64,000 bases of DNA from Eledone cirrhosa (lineage: Eukaryota), in NCBI GenBank assembly GCA_964016885.1, contig OZ024743.1, positions 317,006,001 to 317,070,000 on the forward strand. Reading direction: 5' to 3'. A model generated the notes under the pieces. The model was not told the DNA's origin and ran no database searches. It saw only the letters and a program-made list of their open reading frames with translations. How positions within the stretch are numbered: position 1 is the first letter of the stretch; every line of letters starts with the position of its first letter. The translations under genes and the position numbers were made by a program. Of the stretch, positions 1-13,099 are shown piece by piece.

Positions 1-64
1 CAATTAAATCAACCCTAGTACATTACTGGTACATATTTTATCAACAGCATATATCAAAACAGAC

Positions 65-1000
65 TTGGGAACTACACGCTGTGTAGACATTTTGAAGGGA
101 GTTAAGCAGGGGGATGTACTATCAGCACTTCTTTTCTGTATAGTTATAGCTGCACTTATCTACCAAACTGAAGAAGAATGTTCCTCTGGCTATCAAATAG
201 GTGGTAAAATCCTATCAAATCTTAGCTATGCAGACGATCTGGCCATCATGAGTTACTCTAGAACTGATCAGCAAGACTTTCTGAATATACTGGCCAAACA
301 TTCGCTGAAGGCTGGCTTAAACATCAACATCTCCAAAACAAAATGTATGACAACTGATAAAAACAATGCCAATCTCCAACTCACGATCTACAACCAGCAA
401 ATTGCTCAAGTTACGGAGTCTGTATATCTCGGTCACAAACTATCATCAAACAACAATGGAATGGTGGCTGCGCAATATCACATTCCTCTAGGTTGGACGG
501 CTTTCAACAAGAACAAGGAAGTACTAACATCAAAACGAGTTTCCTATCATTTGAAGGCTAAGATCTTTGATACTTACATCCTACCAGTTGTGTTATATGG
601 TCTTGACTGTGTTAATTAGATGACAAGGTCACTTCAGAAGCTCTCTACATTCCAGGACCACATCATGAGACTTATGACTGGCAAGCGGCTCAGCGATCGT
701 ATCTGTATCAGTGAGCTGCTCAACATTACCAAATTTAGACCAATTACATGAATTGTCAAGTCAAGAGTACTCAAACTATACGGTCATATAAAAAGATCAA
801 CTCGTGGTGTGAGTATGCCTGGAAGAAAGGTTGGCTGGTAAGAGAAGCAGCGGCCGGCAGCCAAAACGATGTCTTGACAATGTCAATGGACTGGACTTGA
901 TCTTTGCTCTTTGAACTCTGCTGCTGGTGATCAAACTTTGTGGAGAGAGATATCAAATGTTAATGTGCAGTCTGCAACTGGCGGCACTTAGCGTCACAAG
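65..1000 (+). mobile_element. Degenerate non-LTR retrotransposon (RTE-like) RT C-terminal fragment
   Basis: ORF 65-619 has KGVKQGDVLSALLF, YADDL, GLNINISKTK, YLG and LPVVLYG RT motifs; decayed continuation after the stop; sequence differs from the main RTE family in the window. Confidence 0.85.
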
Positions 1001-1160
1001 AAGGACGAAAAGCAAAGCTAACCTCGTTAGGAATTGAACTCTCAACATAAAGGGCCCTAACTATATGCTGCAAAGCATATTGTTCGATGCTCTACCAATA
1101 CTGCCATAAAATAATAAAATACAATACAACTTCCTTATGCAGTTTTCTCATTTACATATA

Positions 1161-1461
1161 CCGTATTTGATGGCTTATAAGAGCCAACTCAATTTGGACA
1201 GACATTAAAATAAATAGGTAAATAGGTTTAAACTACAAATGTCAGATGAAGAGTATAAAGTTCTACATTGTAATTCTAGTTGTAATATTTTAGTACATTT
1301 TTAAACATGAGGAAGTGTGAAAATTTAATTTAAGGGCCACTGCAGCACTAGAACTCTGCTAGCCAGTAACCAAAATTGACCTTTGACCTTATAAGAAACA
1401 GGGTGATTTTTCTGGGACATTTTGGGGGAAAAAAGTATGTCTTATAAGCCATCAAATACAG
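1161..1461. mobile_element. pogo/Tc2-type MITE
   Basis: TIRs CCGTATTTGATGGCTTATAAGA and TCTTATAAGCCATCAAATACAG flanked by TA on both sides. Confidence 0.8.
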
Positions 1462-1601
1462 TAATTATGTAATCTTAATGTTTATTTATTTTATGTTCTG
1501 CTTACTGATTTATTTATTCACTTACATTAATTTTAGTACATACCTTGGGTTGATGACAGGGTCATTATTAAGAGTTAATGGCAGGGTCATCTTTATTCAA
1601 G

Positions 1602-1730
1602 ATGATTATAATTGTCTAAATATTGTCATATTTTAATCTAGATCAGGGATCCCCCATGAAGGGGGTTGATTATCTATACTGATTCCTGATCTATACTACA
1701 ATATGACAATATTTAGCAAATTATAATCAT
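1602..1730. repeat. Imperfect foldback (about 45-bp arms)
   Basis: atgattataattgtctaaatattgtcatatt...tagatcagg is mirrored by cctgatcta...aatatgacaatatttagcaaattataatcat. Confidence 0.7.
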
Positions 1731-2792
1731 GGACAATGCTGAAGTAATAAAGAACCATGAGATTAAATGCTCTATAGTTGAGTCTGTGAGTATATCTAGT
1801 GATGGTGTCACAAAAATGCACCTGGTACACTCTGTAAGGATAGCTGGTGACAGCAAGTGCACCTCACAGTAGAAACCATGCCTAAAATGGTTGAGAGGCC
1901 TGTTAGTTGTGTCCAAGACACAATAACTTCTCTAGTGTTGATGATCTACACTATAAATGCACATAGTACACGCTGTAAAATGGTTGGTGATAAGTAGGGT
2001 ACCCAGCCATATAAATTTTGCCAAACAAAGGGTTAGGAGGACCCTTTAGTTGTGTCATAATCATGATGACTATATTTAGTATTTTCTTTCTGATTTCATA
2101 GCGGAAAATCTACGAGGATTAAGTTTATATAGAGCACAATGCCACAATAAATTTATAAAATACCAGTGATGGTTCAAGGATTCCATGGAGAGGTCAATAT
2201 TCTAAAAAGTTTGGGAATTCCTGATTTAGAATTTAAATGACATTCTGATCTTGTGAAGGCAGTGGCTTAGCATATAAGGTGTTCAGTTGTTGTTTGTGAG
2301 TTAGAATCCTGACTGGGCGTTTAGTCTTTGAGAAAATTACTATATTTCACATTGCTCCAGTATGCCATATTTCAAAGGACTAGCATTGTCACACATTATG
2401 TTATGCTAAATCTCCCTGAGAACTACATTCAGGGTGCATGTGTCTGAGGAATGTTCAGCCATGTGCAAGTTAATTTCATGAGCAGTCTGTTTTGTTGGTC
2501 AAACAACTGCTGCACACATTGTCATAATTGACTGAAGTCTAACACACACACTCTCTGATCTGATAACAGTTACAATTGGTACAGGTGTTCTGGTCTAGTT
2601 AATATACTTTGTATTAAAGATTATACTTCAGTTGTTGATAACTAGAACAAAATTAATTACCTATTCTTAATCTCTTTAGCCTGACTGAGAAATAAACAGA
2701 ATTCTACAACAAATCTGTATTAATCTCATTATTATCCTACAAAACAATCCCTAAGAAGAATGTTTGCAAACAGTCTACCATTTAATCCAATA

Positions 2793-4100
2793 TCATCATC
2801 ATCACCGTTTTACGTTCGTTCTTCCATGCTAGCATGGGTTAGACGGGTTGTCCTGTTGTGGGCAGTGTCTGGTTGGCTGACCATGCCTTGTTCATGCAGG
2901 AACTGATTTTGGCTTGATTTCTACAGCTGGATGCCCTTCCTAACACCAACCTCATTAACAGTGAGTGCTGGGTGCTTTTTCGTGGTGCCTACACGTCCAC
3001 TTTACAGTGTGGGCTGGGTGCTTTTTTGCCGTGGCACCTCCACGAAACACTTTGCAATGGAACGGTGTGGAGGCATATTGTCTGTATGCTTCAGCTTCGG
3101 GTTGTACCCATGAGAGGTCAGGTACTCTGTATTACTGCGTGACGCCAGAGGTCACGGTCGTGTGTCATCGCCTTTGAGAGGTGTAATTGGGTAAGGTCGG
3201 CTTTTATCACCTCATCCCAGGTCTTCTTGGGTCTCCCCACTCCGCGGTTTCCATTGACTTCTAGTGTTCTGCACCTTTTTATGCAGCTGTCATCCTTCAT
3301 ACGCATCACATGTCCATACCAACGCAACCACCTCTCCTGAACACAGCATTTGATTCCTCTTATGCTCAGTCTCTCTCTCAATTCATTTATGCTTTGCCGT
3401 TCGCGTATATTACTATTACACATCCATCAGAGCATGCAGGCTTTGTTTCTTTCTAATCTACGTAAGTCTTCCACCTTCAGCGCCCAGGTCTCACTACCAT
3501 GTAACATTGCTGTTCGGATACATGCATCATACAGTCTGCCTTTCATTTTGAGGGAAAAGCCTTTTGCAGCTAGCAGTGGCAGTAGCTCCCTGAACTTCTT
3601 CCATCCTGTTCTTACCCTAGTTATTGTACTTTCTGAACATCCACCTCTGCTGCTAATTCGGTCACCTAGGTAGCAGAAGCTGTCTACCGTTTCTACAGAG
3701 CCCTCCCAGAGATTGGTGGTACTTGTTTCCTGTGGCTGTTTGCTGCTTGCTGTCCCAGTACAGCTGCTACATGTGAAGCCTATATTCTTAATTAAGCTTC
3801 CTGAGATCCCACTACATCTCTTGTGTACCCATTGTTTGCATTTGGGGCAGAGAATGGAGTTCCTACCTACACCTTTCCTACATACTGAGCAAGGCCATTT
3901 TCCTGAGGAGATCTGGGTTCTGTTTTCTCGTCTACTTACAAGGACCTTAGTCTTTGTTAGGTTGACTTTGAGATCCTTTCTTTCTAGTCCCTGCTTCCAA
4001 GTTTGGAATTTCTTCTCTAGTTCTACCATAGATTCAGCTAGAAGTGCGAGGTCATCTGCATACAGGAGTTCCCATGGGCATCCGGTCTTAAACTCCTCCA
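2793..4100 (-). mobile_element. 5'-truncated RTE-clade LINE (RT C-terminus with PHD-type finger, 3' UTR, (GAT)n tail)
   Basis: ORFs 3427-4128 (ELLYADDLAL, FCYLGD, GWKKFRELLP, AMLHGSETW) and 3118-3423 (RWYGHVMRM, RGVGRPKKTW); (ATC)n at 2793-2803. Confidence 0.95.
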
Positions 4101-6239
4101 CACTATATATAGACATACACACACACATTTACAAAACAACAGAAGGCTGGACTCAAAATATTTTTTTTTTATGTTGCAAAAACACAATACGTATTTCAGA
4201 CGTTAATGTAAGACTAAGGCGACATCATCAGGTGTGGATTGCAAGGATTAGGTCATCAATAACAGGATTACAGTAAACACAAACAGAGAATAGAGAATAG
4301 ACTTGATTTGGAAATGTCCTGTTGCAGTAAACCAGGTCTACTCATTGGTAAACTATGCAACATAAATGGTATATATATATATATTAATATATATAACCCA
4401 TGGTAGCATGGAAAATGGACGTTAAATGATGATGATATATATGTATCTTCTTCTTCTCCCACTTTTTCCTGAGAAGGTTGTGGAGGTAGAGTCCTCAAAC
4501 ACTCCTCTCAGCAGGTCCTGTCAGAAGCAACCATCTCCAACTGATTTGGCTAGATCCCCAAGCAAGACCAGCCAAGCTCATGGATGTTATCCAACCATCT
4601 TTTTGTTCTATGAAACAAAATCAACCACTTTAAAAGATTCCTACTTAAATGAAAATGTTCCAACATAATTTTATATAAGAATCTTTTATGTTGCAAATGC
4701 TATCTTAATGAAATAATTAACCATTTTAGTAAATCATTTCAAATTCTTCATTAATTAATTCAAATAGAATGTAGAAGTATGACAACAAAAGAGTTAATCA
4801 ATCAACAAGATCCGATACCCCATTCCCTGACCGAGTGGGGTGGAACTCGTCAAATCAGACCAAGGAAACAATGTTTCCGTTGGTCTTTCCATTGCTGATA
4901 CTATCTACTGTCAGAAAGAGCAATGTGAAATTAAATCTTGCTCAAGGACATAACACATCGCCTGATTCAAGAATCAAACTTGCAACCTCACTACTGTGAT
5001 TCCAATTCTCTAATTACTCAACCTCAGCCTCATGCCTCCACAAAAAGGGTTAATGGGAGTAGCTTATAGTAAAACATTGAGAAGAGTAGCTTGTGTGAAT
5101 AGGATAATACTTAAGATACAGAAACACATGTAGTAGCTTTAACCCCATTTTTTTCATTTAATTAGAATAGCAGTAATTTAGGTGTAGAATTAAAGATGGG
5201 ACTGATGCTACCATTAAGGTCAACTAGGCATCTGTGTAGGGTACAGTCCTCAGAGAGGTGCATTACTGAACTTCAATGGATTGGAGTTTTATACAAATTT
5301 GTTTATTAAATTAAATATAGAATAATTTTCTGCTATCAATAAATACATTGTTAAACATTGTTGCTGTGTAGCAGCAATGTGAACATATTCAAATTAGTGT
5401 GGAGAGGGTTTTATAGTGTTATTACCTGTCATATGATCTGGCATGGGTGTGTAGGGACTATGTAGTAGTCCCAGGTGCACATTGAAGGGCTATCATAGGA
5501 TACTAGATACCTAGCTACACATTGTAGGGCTAGCCTAAGATACCAGATACTCATGTGCCTGCTCTACTTGCTGTAGCTATAGGCCTTTTTATTTCTTTTA
5601 TTTAATTAGAACAGCAGTATTTTATGTTAAGAATTATAGACATGTCTTTAAATGCTATCTTGAGGTATTTTTACTAACAAGCATTCATTAATAATTATCT
5701 AAGTGTCTACAAATGACTCAGTATCAGAGAAAATCACAAGAGTAAGCAATCTAAGCAAATAATTATGTTGAGGTCATTTTAGTAACTGTTTGTCTCACAA
5801 AGTCATTTATACACTGATTCAGCAGCTAATCAGCTTCACTTGATTACTTCTAGATCACAGTAAAAGCACCCATTTTTTCAAAGACTGTAGAGGTTAAGTG
5901 GACTTCCTACTTTGTTTACTACTTAGATGGCAAAACTGTTGCTTAAAAATCAGCTGCCTGGAATTAAAACACTGATAAATTTGGTGAATTTATACTCAAT
6001 GACTTACACAATTTTCTAAATGTCATTAATTAAAAAGCTCTGGGAAAAAAAAGGACAAAATCATCATCATTGTGATAATTATCATCATCATTATTATTAT
6101 TATTTTACTTCTTCTTTCAATGCAGATATAGGTTAGATGGGTTGCCACTTTCCCGAACTAGAGTGTTTGGAGAACTGTGTCTTACTCTTACATTCCATAT
6201 TTTGGCATGGTTTCTATAGCTGGATGTCCTTTTTACAGC

Positions 6240-6900
6240 TAAACACTTTACAAAGTGTACTGGGTGCATTATACTGTGGCACCAGCACTACCACTTTACA
6301 GTGAATACTGGGTATATTTCATTGTAATACCAACTCTACCGCATTAGCGAGTGCTGTGGGTGTATTTTATTGTGACACCAGCACTACCACCTTATAGAGT
6401 GTACTGGGTACATTTTTTCGTGGTACCAGTACTGCCTCTAAAAATCATTGACATATTTCACTCTCAAGTTAGAAATTGTTTCTGCATATATATATAATAT
6501 ATCATCATCACCATTTAACGTCCATTTTACATTCCAGCATAGGTTAGATAAGTGTCCCATTGTGAGACAAGTCACATCAGGTGACCATGTCTTACTCATA
6601 CAGAACTGTTTCTGTCTTGGTTTCTATGGTTAGATGCCCTTCCTAACACCAACCATATTTGCAGTGTGGTGTGGGGGCTTTTTATCGTGCACCAAAACGC
6701 CCAGATTACAGGGTGGTCTGGGTACTTTTTGTTGTGTCACTAACATGACCACTGTAGATAGTGGACTGGGTGTTTATATGTCATGTCACCAGCACGACTA
6801 CTTTACAAAGTGGGCTGGGTGTTCTTTTGTCATGTCACCAGCATGAGCACTTTACATGGTGGACCATTTGTTGTCACCAGCATGACTACCTTACAGAGAG
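6240..6900 (-). repeat. Degenerate ~39-bp tandem arrays derived from the RTE 3' UTR
   Basis: Repeated accactttacagtgt..ctgggtg..ttttt..tg.cacca units, as in 2940-3060; similar arrays at 12080-12290, 32200-32440 and 52280-52690. Confidence 0.7.
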
Positions 6901-7416
6901 CTTTTAGCCATTTCAGCAACATTATGGGAGAGCATGTCCAGGTTTCCATGCTAGTATGCATGGGTTGGACATGAGGATGGTTGGGGAAGGGTGTGGCGCA
7001 TCTATGCAGGATGAGGTGTAGGGTACTTAGCTGGTAATGGATGGAGTGTTAAGACGGAGGTGTATGGATAGAGGAGGGTGAGAGGAGAAAATTTGATGCA
7101 TATAAAACAAGACCAACTGATTTTCTCATACAACAATGTCAGAATCAACAGTTTTCCAAGAGATAGCGACTTGAATAGACCTGTTTTTTCTCTAAGAAAT
7201 TTCTTTTAGTTTCTGCCACCACTCACTCTTATCTATCTTTCAATTTCTTTAATTTCTCATTCTATTTTCTGATGGACTAAAATCTGAAATTTTCAAACAC
7301 TTTCCTACTATATCAAGCGTAAAACTAATATATTTTTTCATTGTACTGTGTTATTTGCTTCTTTATTTCTGTTTGCCTTTTGCATATATATATATATGAT
7401 GATTGATGATGATTTC

Positions 7417-7740
7417 ATTTTACGTCCACTTTTCCCTGCTTGCAAGGGTGGGACGGGAACTGATTCTGGCTTGATTTCTACAGCTGGATGCCCTTCCTAA
7501 CACCAACCTCATTTACAGTGAGTGCTGGGTGCTTTTTTGCCGTGACACCTCCACGACCACTTTGCAGTGGAATGATAGGGACCCCAGTCCCTATCATCTC
7601 ATTTCTACAGCTGAGTAAACTGGAGCAATGTGAAATAAAGTGCCTTGCTCAAGGAAACAACACATCGCCCGGTCTGAGAATTGAACTCACAACCTTTCGA
7701 TTGCAAGGCCAATGCTCTAACCACTAAGCCATGTGCCTCC
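7417..7740 (-). mobile_element. tRNA-derived CORE-type SINE with RTE-derived 3' tail
   Basis: Minus strand reads tRNA-like head (tggcttagtggttagagc...gagttcaattc), CORE-like ccttgagcaag..actttatttcacattgctccag, then a tail shared with the RTE 3' end and ATG repeats. Confidence 0.85.
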
Positions 7741-7817
7741 ATATATATATATATCATCATCATCATCATCATATATATATATATATCTCATCATCATCAT
7801 CATCCATCATCATCATC

Positions 7818-8070
7818 ATTTTACGTCCGCTTTTCCCTGCTTGCAAGGGTGGGACGGGAACTGATTCTGGCTTGATTTCTACAGCTGGATGCCCTTCCTA
7901 ACACCAACCTCATTTACAGTGAGTGCTGGGTGCTTTTTTGCCGTGGCACCTCCACGACCACTTTGCAGTGGAATGATAGGGACCCCAGTCCCTATCATCT
8001 CATTTCTACAGTTGAGTAAACTGGAGCAATGTGAAATAAAGTGTCTTGCTCAAGGAAACAACACATCACC
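7818..8070 (-). mobile_element. Second, head-truncated copy of the CORE/RTE-tail SINE
   Basis: Near-identical to 7417-7670. Confidence 0.85.
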
Positions 8071-8311
8071 TATATATATATAGCACCAAATAATTTCCCA
8101 ATGATTTCTTATGAATGAAACAATTTTAGTCCTGTAGAAGTCATTTCTATAATAAAATGAATATACCTTTACTCTACAAATGCATTCAGTACCTTTTTTT
8201 ACAGTAATCACCTCTTCATATATATTAAGGTCCTACATATGTTTATATATATTTCATCATCATTACATCCAACTTTTTGTACACTTGCATGGGTTGGACA
8301 ATATATGTATA

Positions 8312-8398
<87 letters not shown>

Positions 8399-8648
8399 CT
8401 AGAAAGAGATTATTTATTTTACAAGATGATGTCAATAAAATGCCTATTGTACAAAGTTTTCTCTATCACAAAATAACCTGTAACTTTAGTAAATGTCACA
8501 ATATTCCCATGTTTAATAGATTATAGTAGTAACAATAACTCATTTATGTTATTTGGCTTGGCTATAAAAACAATGTTCAATGTTTGTTATCGGCTCTGTT
8601 ATGGCTATGTGATTAAGGAGTTCACTTGGCAACTTTGCCTTTTGATTC

Positions 8649-8683
<35 letters not shown>

Positions 8684-9979
8684 AAATCGGCTGTGTTCCA
8701 TCATAAAGAGGGATAGATACTGCCAGGTTTTGAAAAAGAGGTCCTTACCTTAAAATATCATGAAATATAAGGTAAAAGTGTAAACTGCCTGTTTTAAAGT
8801 GTCCATACATTAAAACCTTCCAAGATAATTTTATGTAAGAATTTTTTGTTAAATAATGTTTCAAGACCAGCTTAATAATGAAAAACCTAGATATTTTACT
8901 AAATTTCTCCAAATTTTTTAATATTTTCCAAATTTAATGAAACCCTCCCCAAAATAAGATATACCCCATCTGTTTAATCCTTTTGATACCAGTGAGCCTG
9001 AAACTGCCTCTGGTTCGATAATACTAAGCTGTTTGTTTTTAACTTTGGGTACACCATACTTCCATATGGTTGAGGAACATACTGCACACAATGGCATGCA
9101 GTATTTCATTGTATGTGGTGCAGTGTTGTAGTCTTTCCACTGTCCAGTCTGTATCTTCTGGAGGTGACCGAAACAGATACACATAAATGTGTGTGTGTTG
9201 GGGGGGGGGGGGGGATGATCACCAGATTGGGCAAATGTTTCTATTAGTCTTTCTATTCCTGATACTGTATGTTATTTATTTGATTAATTTAAACGTCCAT
9301 ATAGTGCTAGTAAACCATGACAGATTAGGGGAAGTATCTAGTACTTTTTACGGTCGAGAAACAAAGAACAAGATATACAGAGATAAGTGGAAATAAAATA
9401 AAATTAAAAATCTAAATAGGGAAAGCTAACTGGAGGTATAATAAGTATAAAAATAGATAAAGAAAAAATGTGAAGCAAGGGAAGCTGTACAGCAGCTAGG
9501 AGGTTCTGTTGTCGAATCTTTTCATAACCTCCATGTACTCAAAGATTTTGTTTATGTTAGTTGCAATTCTCAGCAGAATGAGGTGAGACTTGAACTCAAA
9601 ATGAACAGAGCTGGATCAGATACTGCAAAGTATCCTACCCCCAACTCTTTAACAACTCTGCCAATCCACAGCCCCTGGATTGGTGCTATATTTATTGACA
9701 CTGAAAGGGTGACAGGCAACATTGACCTAGGCAGGATTTGAACTAGATTTGAGTATAGAGAGCTGGAACATATACCAAGACATTTAATCTGACATTCTAA
9801 TGACTCTACAATTTACCACCTATACAGAGCTGCTGTCTAGGTATTTAGCACCCTTGGTTAGCCCTACAAAATGTGCTCTCTTCTCCCTGATATGTGCCTC
9901 ATTCTTCCAGACAAAGTAATTTCAATGTGCAGTTTGCTAAGTTGACAAACTTAACTTTTGACATTTCTAGCCTGGAAAA

Positions 9980-10012
9980 TCTGTATATATATAAAATTAA
10001 GTATGTGTGTGC

Positions 10013-10057
<45 letters not shown>

Positions 10058-11207
10058 TGTGTCTGTGTATTACCTATAGGGGCCTAAATCTTACGACCGA
10101 TTTTCATGAAACTTTACAGGCTCATAGATTAGTCATCGGGGAGTGTTTTCTATATATCAGCGTATCGTTTTTTTTCGGGGTCATTCTGCAGATAAAAATC
10201 GATAGGGGGCGGGGGGGGGGTCACCTTTTTTTAGATATCGAAAAATAAGATTTTTGGCTCTAGCTCCCACATTTTGCCACCGATTTCGTTCAAATTTTAA
10301 AGCAAAATAGAATTTATCATTGCACATCCCGTAAAGGCTTTATATTTTACCTTTGTTTTTCAGGGACGGCGTAGCAGCCGCTTAAATATTCAAAAATACC
10401 ACTTTTAGACTCAAATTTCCACTTTTTCGGCTCGCGCATTAATCAACCTACTTTGTTCAAATTTTACACTACGCTAGATCTGATTATTTCACATCTTAAA
10501 GTGGCTTTACATTTTGTCTTTGTTGTTCAGGAACGGCGTGGCAGCCGCTTAAATATTCGAAAATACCACCTTTTCGCTCAAATTTCCGCCTATTCGGCTC
10601 TAACTCCCACATTTTTCAACTGATTTCATTCAAATTCGAAACTTCGGCTCCACCTCACACATAAATAAATTTATTTGGTTCAACTTTTATACTACGATAG
10701 AACCTATCATTGCACATCTTATAGTAGCTTTACACTTTGCATTTTTTGTTCAGGGACGGCGACCTATCATTAACTCCAACATTTTTCAACCGATTTCGTT
10801 CAAATTTGAATCTTTGGTTCCACCTCACACATAAATCAATTTATTTGGTTCAACTTTTATACTACGATAGAACCTATCATTGCACATCTTATAGATGGTC
10901 AAAGGCAAAACGATGGCCACTGACGTCATCTGAGCTTTTAGTTGTGTATTTGAGAATTCATCGGTTTCCAATCAAGTAGCGTGAGGAAATTTGGCTTAGT
11001 ATTAGAGGTCATTACCTCCCTCCCCCAGCATGCCTCTTAGTCAGTCTCCCGCGTTTCTTAGTGAGTGATAGAGGTCATCACCACCCTCCCCTGCATGGCC
11101 TGTGTGGCCATAGATGAGTCATCGAGAAGCAGTCGCTAAGATCAACACCTTTTCATCAAAGCAGATATTATTTTACCTACCCAGACAACGCTGGGTACTG
11201 CTGCTAG
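9980..11207 (+). mobile_element. Non-autonomous Helitron
   Basis: A|TC 5' end, (GT)n near the 5' end, internal repeats of about 180 bp (10240-10890), subterminal hairpin cccagacaacgctggg (11180-11195), CTAG|T 3' end. Confidence 0.85.
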
Positions 11208-11518
11208 TTACTAATAAAACTTAGAAAATTACTAACCCTACATTTACCACTACACAGTCCACACTCACTCAAACCAAGTGACAGGTCATAACACCATACA
11301 ACTTCTCCATCTCTTCAGATATTTCCTCAACACAACCTCACAGCAAAGATGTTTAGTGATTTATTTATTTATTGCAGAAAATTATTAAATATCTAATTTA
11401 ATTATACAAATTTGTATAAAACTGTGATCCTATAAGGTCCAGTAATGTATCCATCTGAGGTCTCCACCTGACACAGCTGTCTAGTTAGCCTTAATGGTAA
11501 CACTGGACCTTCTACATG

Positions 11519-11678
11519 CAGTGCCAGATTTAGGACAAATGAGGCCCTGAGCTAGTTAAGTTTTGAGGCCCCTTACTTGGACCTTGAAGGAGGAAAAAAT
11601 TGGGGGCAGGAAGATGCCCCCTGGCTAACGGGGCCCTATGCTTAAGCACACCTAAGCACAGTGGTAAATCTGGCACTG
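11519..11678. mobile_element. hAT-type MITE
   Basis: 14-bp TIR CAGTGCCAGATTTA/TAAATCTGGCACTG and perfect 8-bp TSD TCTACATG (11511-11518, 11679-11686). Confidence 0.92.
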
Positions 11679-13099
11679 TCTACATGGCTGTCTAGTTGGC
11701 CTTAATATAACATATACACATGTGACCTGTGTGTATATGTTATGTACACACAGTCAGTATTTCTTTTGCTCAGTATTTCTTTACACAAACTATAGGTGAT
11801 ACAACTATACATAATTATCTAAATATTTCACATTATTTAGATAAAAATAATTATATTTCAAGTATTTTATTTTGTGAGTACAGTGGACATAAATATAATT
11901 TATTTAATAAAAGTGTATATGAACCCATATAATCATCATCATCATCATCACCATTTAATGTTCACTTTTCACACTTGGATTAGATAAGTTGTCCTGTTGT
12001 GAGACAAATAAGATAAGATGACTGTCTTGCTCATACAGAACTGTTTCTGGTTTGGTTTGTATGGCTGGACGCCCTTCCTAATGCTAACCACATTTACAGC
12101 ATGGACTGGGACCTTTTTATTGTGGCACCAAAATGACCAACTGACAGGTTGGACTGGGTGCTTTTTGTCATGTCACCAACACGACCACTTTACAGGGTAA
12201 CTGGATACTCTTTCACCATCATGAGCACCTTATATGGTGGATTAGGGGCTTTTATTGTGTCACCAGCATGACTACCTTACAGGGTAGACTGAGAGCTGAA
12301 AGCCATTTCAGCAGCATTGTAGGGGAACATGTCCAACTTTCCATGCTTGTATGCATGGGTTGGACAAGAAAGGTGTATCAGATGTATAAGGTGGGGGATG
12401 TTTATAAAACATTTTGTACCTATAAACACAATTTATATAATAAATATGATTTGCAAAAGAAACAAATTAATAAAAATTATGTGGCTATCTAATTAGGTGG
12501 CTGCCTAATTAGGTTGTTGCCTAGTTGGCCTTAATGTTAGCACTGACCCTGCACCTATGCAGTATAAACAATTAAAGTGAACTTTGTCCAAACATGACAT
12601 TTACTATTTCCTTTGCATTTATTGTTACTATGCTAACATGCATTGTTTAAAGTTAATCACTGTATTACTTTTGCTGCTGTTGTCATTTTATTCTTTTACT
12701 GGTTTTGGTCATTAGACTGTAGCCATGTTAGGACACCACCTTGAGCCAAGTATTTATGTACTTAGCTTATCAATCTCTTTTTTTTATCAAACTCCTAAGT
12801 TACAGGACATAAACACAAATACACACACACACATATATATATGTGTGTGTGTACATATATATATATATATATATATGTGTGTATATATATCATCAGCATT
12901 ACAATCATCGTCATCATTTTTGCTTCTGTTTTTCCACATTTGTATGGGTTGAACAGGTCCTTTTCAGCACATCATCTCTTCACTCATTGCATTCTTTCAT
13001 CACCTCCTCTGTGAGTCTCAGCAATTTGAAATCAGCTCTCACCACCTCTGCTCGTGTCTTCCTTGGCCTACCTCTACTGCAGATTCCTTCCACTATACA

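Noticed and set aside
3350-4276. Long plus-strand ORFs opposite the RTE (also 27001-27447, 54829-55422, 31022-31633)
   Set aside because: Antisense shadows of LINE ORF2
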